Assembly: GCA_951813565.1 (NCBI GenBank)
Contig: OX638351.1
Coordinates: forward strand, 2,880,001-2,944,000
Reading direction: 5' to 3'
DNA: 64,000 nucleotides
Origin: an uncultured Poribacteria bacterium
GTDB taxonomy: Bacteria; Poribacteria; WGA-4E; WGA-3G
How positions within the stretch are numbered: the first letter of the stretch is position 1; each line of letters opens with the position of its first letter. A program made the position numbers and the translations under genes. Of the stretch, positions 62,001 through 64,000 are shown one piece after another. Below the pieces are notes generated by a model. It made no database searches and had not been told where the DNA came from. It saw only the letters and a program-made list of their open reading frames with translations.

Positions 62001-64000
62001 AATATTCCAATTCAATATAATTATAAACCGAACATTTATCTTTCTGGGACTTTGATTCGGTCGACAGATTCATTAGAAGAACACGCCCCGGCGCGTGCTT
62101 TCGGTATCATCCCACTGAAGCTGGACGCTAAACCCAACCGTCTCAATATTGAGTTTGATGTCCCAGAAGAAATTCGACCAAATAGCGATGTAAACGTCAA
62201 GTTTCGTGTGCGCGGTAGACAAAGCGCGTTCTCACATGTTACCATTGCTGCAGTGGATGAGGGGATACTTCAGTTAACCGATTTTCAAGCACCTGATCCG
62301 CACCGTTACTTCTACCGTCAGCGTGGGTTGAAAACACGCGCTTATGATCTTTACTCCGCGATTTTGCCTGAAATTGATGCTGTTTTGGGTGACTCCAGCC
62401 CGGGCGGAGATGCGGCAAGTCTTGCAAACGGACGGGGTAAACGGCTTAACACTGCCAGCGTCATGCGTGTGAAACCGGTATCGCTTTGGTCAGGTATTCT
62501 GAGAACAGATCGTTACGGGAGAGGAACAGCAAGTTTTCATATCCCGCAGTTCAACGGCACATTACGGTTGATGGCTGTCGCTTTTTCCAATGAATATTAC
62601 GGTTCTGCAGAGAAGTTTACAGTAGTACGTGAACCGGTAGTTTTAACGCCGACGTTTCCGCGTTTCCTCTCTGGAGGAGATCATATCCAATTTCCTATAA
62701 GCGTCCACAATGGTACTGGCAAAGATGGTAAATTCGATGTAGAAATTCAAGCGACAGGCGACGTTCAATTCTTCTCTTCAGGTCCAGTAGCGGAAGGTGA
62801 AGTCCAAGAACATCTTGTCAAAAAACAGGTGCAAATCGCTGCTGGCGGTGAGGAACAACTTATATTTGAACTGCTTGCCCACGATTCAATAGGTAAAGCC
62901 ACCTTTAAGTTGTCCGCTGTTGGGAACGACGAAAGCACACAGTTGACCGTCCAACTTCCACTCCGCTCAGCTGCGCCTCCAGTAACTGAAACAGGGCATG
63001 GAACAGTCAGTGTAGGTAATGCTGCAGATTTCGTTTTACCTTCGAATTTTATAGCCGAGTCCTCTGAATTTGCTCTTACCGTATCGCCGTTCCCCGCGAT
63101 TGAATTTGCCGGTGGAATTCGCTACCTGCTTAAGTACCCTTATGGGTGTCTTGAGCAAACCACAAGTAAAGTATTTCCGTTGCTCTATTATAGCGATGTT
63201 GCACGTGTTGTTGACCCAGAACTTGCCTCTGATGATCGAATTGACCACTACATCACTGCCGGTATCAACAAACTTGAAGGTATGCTCACGCCCCAACAGC
63301 ATTTCTCATATTGGCCGGGTGGAAGTTATATCAACCACTGGAGTAGTGTATATGCTTCACACTTTTTGGTTGAAGCGCGGAAGGCAGGCTACGAAGTCTC
63401 TGATCGTGTTTACAACGGATTGCTTAACGGGTTAAGGAATCAGGCAAAACAGATATCAAGCACGCAAAAGTCCGTTAATGATTCCAATAAATACAAAGTT
63501 GAACGAGCAGTTTATGCATGCTATGTGTTAGCAGCAGCGGGAGAACCTGAAAAAGGTGTAATGCACTATTTTAAAAATAATCTCCTTAGTAGTCTTACAA
63601 ACTACAGTCAGTTTCAATTGGCGGGTGCCTTCGCACTCAGTGGCGACTTAGAAACAGCGCTCTCTATGCTACCTATTTCTATTCCATCTCAAAATGGTGG
63701 AAACCGCCAATCCGGTCATAACTTCAATTCACCTACCCGATCACAGGCTATTATTCTTGACGTGCTGGCGGAAGTCAACGAAAACCATCCGTCAATTCCG
63801 ATGCTTGTTAGCAACCTTAGTAACGCTGCGTCTAAAAGAAAACGGTGGGGCACAACCCAAGAGAATGCGTTTGCTTTCCTTGCCCTCGGTAAAATCCTGA
63901 AAAAGCAAATGGATGGCAACTATACGGGTAGAATTACCCTTAATGGGACGCATCTTGCTGATTTCGATTCAACAACACCTTCAATTCGGTTAGCAAATAA
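59091..64000 (+). CDS. Bacterial alpha-2-macroglobulin (truncated by the window end; absent from the ORF track)
   Basis: AGGAG RBS; N-terminal TM helix; 'SRGVYRPGE', 'FQVEEFMPDR', thioester motif 'YPYGCLEQ' near 63135-63158 in frame with the start. Confidence 0.93.
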   Translation, partial: MESKKLLIGIVAFLSLLVLIIGSLYINSLISGAKTRVIVKSITPKGEKVSPWADFTFTFSEPLVDNSLINTELPDRAVQFTPTVKGTARWIARDTVRFYLESPLAPSASYTVELASKLRQSSLGFAITGDRKFTFATEPFHIQSRRLEFKYTKTHAKAVGSITFNYPVNIADLRANLSIRLQENIEIPYTLQPQNGVAREIKLETEEIPRLLGNQNLKVRIEKGFKCTGGQIGLKEASIRSMTLTGRGTLGVTYANVRESSGRPHIKLRFSSPIPVDTVQPYIHIKPELNTQIITRYGELEIHGDFKRRSKYEVTVQEGLTAPDGSVLRKPYSVRLTIPDVRPQVRFVGKGFFLTRNQNMNLGLATTNVHNVKVQIEKVFGNNLVYASKVRNWGSWTENLGKPIHSGTLAITSKLNEEVTTPIDLGQYLNDKHVGIFKVNVQGNNDYWLRATQWVMLTDIGTVAKRSGDELWVWVNSLSDLKPISQATVKLISDNNQTLLSGKTNWQGFIKFSAVAQKTDGFTPFMLTVEKGNDLSFIQFNRHQLSTGDFNVGGSAYLATGYEAFLYTSRGVYRPGEKVSLAAIVRGKRNTTPPSLPTNIQILAPDGRVINDFKQNTDRRGGCEVTIPLPAYAQTGSYIAKMNVAGKEIGRVPFQVEEFMPDRMKVTVAAEKSEYDLGAEVVMDVSAVNLFGPPAANRKVKAAYALEAVPYVPTDKWRSFHFASAIPFEKQRITLEETKTDAEGKVQYKILLPETVKAPSQLNAVLTATVSEPGGRAVTAAHRVVVHPYSHYIGIKRSSSGRIKRNQDVSFNYIALDKNGNAIAGRDLGLTVYKVHWNTILRRNARGRYEYVSDDQLTTLESHQLISTAEIGTFTFTPSEYGQYRIHIEDIASGAKTELKVETTGWGNVPLSMENPNLLEMTLDKPAYQPGETAKLQIKAPFPGKLILTMEREKILSYRTVNLRGNTASLNIPIQYNYKPNIYLSGTLIRSTDSLEEHAPARAFGIIPLKLDAKPNRLNIEFDVPEEIRPNSDVNVKFRVRGRQSAFSHVTIAAVDEGILQLTDFQAPDPHRYFYRQRGLKTRAYDLYSAILPEIDAVLGDSSPGGDAASLANGRGKRLNTASVMRVKPVSLWSGILRTDRYGRGTASFHIPQFNGTLRLMAVAFSNEYYGSAEKFTVVREPVVLTPTFPRFLSGGDHIQFPISVHNGTGKDGKFDVEIQATGDVQFFSSGPVAEGEVQEHLVKKQVQIAAGGEEQLIFELLAHDSIGKATFKLSAVGNDESTQLTVQLPLRSAAPPVTETGHGTVSVGNAADFVLPSNFIAESSEFALTVSPFPAIEFAGGIRYLLKYPYGCLEQTTSKVFPLLYYSDVARVVDPELASDDRIDHYITAGINKLEGMLTPQQHFSYWPGGSYINHWSSVYASHFLVEARKAGYEVSDRVYNGLLNGLRNQAKQISSTQKSVNDSNKYKVERAVYACYVLAAAGEPEKGVMHYFKNNLLSSLTNYSQFQLAGAFALSGDLETALSMLPISIPSQNGGNRQSGHNFNSPTRSQAIILDVLAEVNENHPSIPMLVSNLSNAASKRKRWGTTQENAFAFLALGKILKKQMDGNYTGRITLNGTHLADFDSTTPSIRLAN

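Noticed and set aside
61162..63919. Short ORFs listed in the last 3 kb
   Set aside because: They lie within the alpha-2-macroglobulin reading frame

Overview
Gene-dense bacterial window, most likely Candidatus Poribacteria (inferred from the LamG/YWTD/WD40/TolB repertoire, the recurrent C-terminal 'VxPxxKLTTTWGxLK' tail and Planctomycete-type DUF1501/DUF1553 genes). From left to right: (1) a BlaI plus multi-domain BlaR1 regulatory pair upstream of a DUF1501-DUF1553-cytochrome/WD40 operon; (2) a putative sugar-acid catabolic cluster with an orphan atypical gspG; (3) a ~17 kb array of secreted beta-propeller paralogs, one frameshifted and one split by an intact IS630; (4) a DUF5060/DUF4038 glycoside hydrolase; (5) a PRTase-DprA pair resembling ShosTA; (6) ABC-F, MarR-ferritin, ECF sigma and ftsY genes; (7) a cytochrome P460-family lipoprotein beside a two-CxxCH cytochrome-porin; (8) an alpha-2-macroglobulin cut by the window end. 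The two strongest leads are a shared C-terminal motif on 11 secreted proteins (a candidate sorting or docking signal, partly under four sigma-54 promoters) and a nested set of intergenic elements. In that set, IS630-type MITEs carry GTAG-REP hairpins, which are themselves invaded by a 33-67 bp 'hairpin + GTTGATTTG' micro-element whose empty sites are visible in the window. No rRNA, tRNA or CRISPR array was seen. All calls were made by eye without database searches.
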